From: Salarchaeum japonicum
GTDB lineage: Archaea; Halobacteriota; Halobacteria; Halobacteriales; Halobacteriaceae
Direction: 5' to 3'
DNA length: 24,000 nt
Assembly: GCF_049705945.1 (NCBI RefSeq)
Contig: NZ_JBNAMV010000004.1
Coordinates: forward strand, 831,097 to 855,096
Part shown: in pieces, positions 21,875 through 24,000 of the stretch
Position numbering within the stretch: position 1 is the first letter of the stretch
Layout: each line of letters starts with the position of its first letter
The notes under the pieces: model-generated
What the model was told of the DNA's origin: nothing
What the model saw: only the letters and a program-made list of their open reading frames with translations
The model's database searches: none
Made by a program: the position numbers and the translations under genes

Positions 21875-22887
21875 GGTTCGGGTACGCCGACGCGTGTCTC
21901 GACCACGACCCGGGGCCGCGTCATCCGGAGAGTCCAGACCGCTTGCGAGCGATACGGCAGGCGTTGTCGAAACGCCACGGCGTCGAGTACGTCGCGGCGC
22001 GGGACGCGGAGCGCGAGGAGGTGGAGCGCGCGCACGAATCCGGGTACGTGGACCGGCTCGTGGAGTTCTGTGAGTCGGGCGGCGGGAGTTGGGACCCGGA
22101 CACGTCCGCGGTGGAGGAGACGTGGCCGGCCGCGTTGGCGTCCGCGGGGCAGTCGATGTGGGCGGCGCGACGCGCGGTCGCCGGTGATTCGGGCCGGAAG
22201 ACGCCGTTCGCGCTCGGGCGACCCCCCGGACATCACGCGGTCGCGGACAACGCGATGGGGTTCTGTTTCCTGAACAACGTCGCCATCGCCGCGGAACACG
22301 CGCTCGCGACGACCGAAACAGAGCGCGTCGCGATTCTGGACTGGGACGTCCATCACGGGAACGGCACGCAGGACATCTTCTACGACCGCGGCGACGTGTT
22401 CTACGCGTCCGTCCACGAGGACGGCCTCTACCCGGGTACGGGGGACATCGAAGAGACCGGGGAGGGCGACGGCGAGGGTGCGACGCTGAACGTGCCGTTC
22501 GAGGCGGGCGCGGGCGACGCGGAGTACATCGCGGCGTTCGACGAACTCGTGATTCCGGCGTTCGAGGCGTTCGACCCCGACCTCGTGCTGGTGAGCGCGG
22601 GGTTCGACGCGCACCGCCACGACCCCATTTCGCGGATGCACGTCTCGACGGACGGCTACGGCGTGCTTACGGAGCGAATGCGCACCGTCACGGACGCCGT
22701 GGACGCCGGTCTCGGGTTCGTGCTCGAAGGCGGGTACAGCCTCGACACGCTCTCCGACGGCGTCGGGATGGTCCACGAAGTGTTCGACGGAATGACGCCC
22801 GTCACGCCCGAGGACGACGTATCGGAGGCTGCGCGCGCGGTCATCGACGATGTACTCAACGCGCGTCAGGGAATCGGGTCGAAGTAA
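21871..22887 (+). CDS. hdaI: Histone deacetylase-family (class I/II HDAC / AcuC-like) lysine deacetylase, 338 aa
   Basis: GRPPGHHAV, GFCFLNNVAIAA, ILDWDVHHGNGTQDIF and LEGGYS active-site/zinc motifs. The ATG overlaps the histone TGA (ATGA). Confidence 0.9.
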   Translation: MRFGYADACLDHDPGPRHPESPDRLRAIRQALSKRHGVEYVAARDAEREEVERAHESGYVDRLVEFCESGGGSWDPDTSAVEETWPAALASAGQSMWAARRAVAGDSGRKTPFALGRPPGHHAVADNAMGFCFLNNVAIAAEHALATTETERVAILDWDVHHGNGTQDIFYDRGDVFYASVHEDGLYPGTGDIEETGEGDGEGATLNVPFEAGAGDAEYIAAFDELVIPAFEAFDPDLVLVSAGFDAHRHDPISRMHVSTDGYGVLTERMRTVTDAVDAGLGFVLEGGYSLDTLSDGVGMVHEVFDGMTPVTPEDDVSEAARAVIDDVLNARQGIGSK

Positions 22888-24000
22888 GTCGCGAGTTCGC
22901 GGCCGAACTCGTTCGCGAGCACCGCCACGTCCGCGTCCACGAGCACCTCGTAGTCGCCGGCGTCGACAACGGACGCGACGTGGGTGCCGAGCGCGACTTC
23001 GTCGAGTCGCTCAGTCGCGAATCCGGCGGCGGTGCGGATGTCACGCTCGCGCTCCACGACGTACCGGTCGCCGTCGAGGAACGGCCCGTACACGCCCTCG
23101 TTCTCGTACTTCTCGAAGAACCCGGTCGCATGCTCGCCGACGTGCACGGGCGGACCGTCGTGGCGCTCGACCGCCGGCAGCGTCGCCGTCGCGAGTTCGA
23201 CGAACAGCACCGCGGAGTCGTCCGCCCACGCCGCCGACCGCAGCACGTCGAACCCGGCGTGTTCGAGGCCGCGCACGAAGCCCTTCCGGGAACGCCGGAG
23301 CTGCGGGTAGAGCTGGTCCTCCACGAGGTCGGGGGCGTCGAACCGCACCGCGAGCGCGCTCGTCCCGCGACGCTCCAAGTGCGCCTCCACGTCCGCTGGG
23401 TCGAGCGCCGAGCGTTCGTCCGGGAAAAACACGCGCTCCCGGGGAGTGTTGAGGAAGACGCGGGCGTAGTGCTGGAGGCGCGCAACCTGTTCGTCGGAGA
23501 CGACGGCCGCGACGTTCCGCTCGGGGTCGGTCGGGTCAACGACGACGAGCGGGTCGTCGAACGACGCCTCGGCGTGCGCTTCGGGGTCGTACTCCACGGG
23601 CGGATGCCAGTCCCGCGCCGCCTCCAGAACCTCGCGGAACCCGCCGTGTTCGAGGACGAGGAGTTCCGTCAGGTAGCCCGAGAACCCCCGGGTTCGGAGG
23701 TCGCTCCCGTACGCGCCGACGCCCTTGAGGAACTGCTTCAACAGCCGGACGTCCGCCGCGAGGTCGTCGGTGAGGCGCTCGCGGAGGTAGACGTTGTGGA
23801 ACGGCGTGCGGTCCACCGCCGACTGAATCTCCGTCGCTGACTCCACTCGATAGCACGGCACGAGGTCCACGTCGTACGCCTCGAAGGTCCCTTTCACGTA
23901 CGGGTGCTCGGCGTACTCCTCGTGCCCATCCGGAAGCACGCGATTCCCGACATCCAGCCCGAGGTCTTCCAGTTCCTCCCGCGAGAGACTCGGGTCGAAC
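22866..24000 (-). CDS. cca: Archaeal CCA-adding tRNA nucleotidyltransferase, C-terminal about 378 aa (N-terminus beyond the right edge)
   Basis: The frame stays open to the window edge (my translation upstream of the track start: ...FDPSLSREELEDLGLDVGNRVLPDGHEEY). HPYVKGTFEAYDVDLVPCY...IQSAVDRTPFHNVYLRERL matches the class I CCA enzyme. The 3' end overlaps the hdaI 3' end by 22 nt. Confidence 0.8.
   Translation of the reverse strand, partial: FDPSLSREELEDLGLDVGNRVLPDGHEEYAEHPYVKGTFEAYDVDLVPCYRVESATEIQSAVDRTPFHNVYLRERLTDDLAADVRLLKQFLKGVGAYGSDLRTRGFSGYLTELLVLEHGGFREVLEAARDWHPPVEYDPEAHAEASFDDPLVVVDPTDPERNVAAVVSDEQVARLQHYARVFLNTPRERVFFPDERSALDPADVEAHLERRGTSALAVRFDAPDLVEDQLYPQLRRSRKGFVRGLEHAGFDVLRSAAWADDSAVLFVELATATLPAVERHDGPPVHVGEHATGFFEKYENEGVYGPFLDGDRYVVERERDIRTAAGFATERLDEVALGTHVASVVDAGDYEVLVDADVAVLANEFGRELATYFDPIP

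Noticed and set aside
21340-22776. Remainder of the 555-aa minus-strand ORF (21109-22776)
   Set aside because: It is antisense to the histone and HDAC genes, which have unambiguous motifs. Only the last 76 codons, which have their own ATG and TATA-like box, are retained.
22850-23856. Arg-rich plus- and minus-strand ORFs (22850-23452, 22856-23539, 22980-23840, 23536-23856) over the cca gene
   Set aside because: These are alternative frames of a gene with clear CCA-adding enzyme similarity. They are extremely Arg/Pro/Ser-rich.
1-24000. Search for CRISPR arrays, IS/transposase genes, integrases, toxin-antitoxin pairs, restriction-modification or other known defence genes, and rRNA
   Set aside because: I saw no regularly spaced direct repeats, no transposase or integrase-like ORF, and no nuclease, methylase or helicase signatures beyond the housekeeping genes listed.

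Overview
This is a high-GC, haloarchaeal-type chromosomal segment. Its proteins are acidic, GC3 is strong, and most genes have a TATA-like box about 27-35 nt upstream of the start codon. No database or tool was run; all calls come from reading the sequence and the ORF track.

Gene content, left to right:
- **1-1619 (-):** a glutaryl-CoA dehydrogenase-like gene and a partial CoA-transferase gene.
- **2190-8228 (-):** a tightly coupled archaellum accessory operon, arlCE-like, arlF, arlG, arlH, arlI, arlJ. A stand-alone ArlD/E-domain gene (1707-2186, +) converges on arlJ.
- **8325-11570:** a block of 6-7 uncharacterised small membrane, secreted or acidic protein genes.
- **11968-12594 (-):** a low-GC archaellin gene.
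- **12808-14124 (-):** directly upstream of the archaellin, an unusual ArlG paralogue fused to an FG-GAP-type repeat domain.
- **14182-16934:** SprT-like metalloprotease, pirin, Mn/Fe superoxide dismutase and flavin reductase genes.
- **17055-19019:** a winged-HTH regulator with four CxxC motifs, divergent from an orphan type IV pilin-like gene.
- **19169-19531 (-):** tRNA(CAT) and tRNA-Arg(GCG). A 17-nt copy of the tRNA-Arg 3' end lies 104 nt (start to start) downstream.
- **19718-24000:** a Cys-free multi-OB RPA gene, a hyperacidic 76-aa ORF, a doublet histone translationally coupled (ATGA) to an HDAC-family deacetylase, and a partial CCA-adding enzyme gene.

No CRISPR array, transposase, integrase or rRNA was seen.

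The best candidate for something undescribed is the ArlG-FG-GAP fusion paired with an archaellin that carries Glu at mature position +5. The uncharacterised envelope-protein block between this pair and the arl operon is a second candidate.
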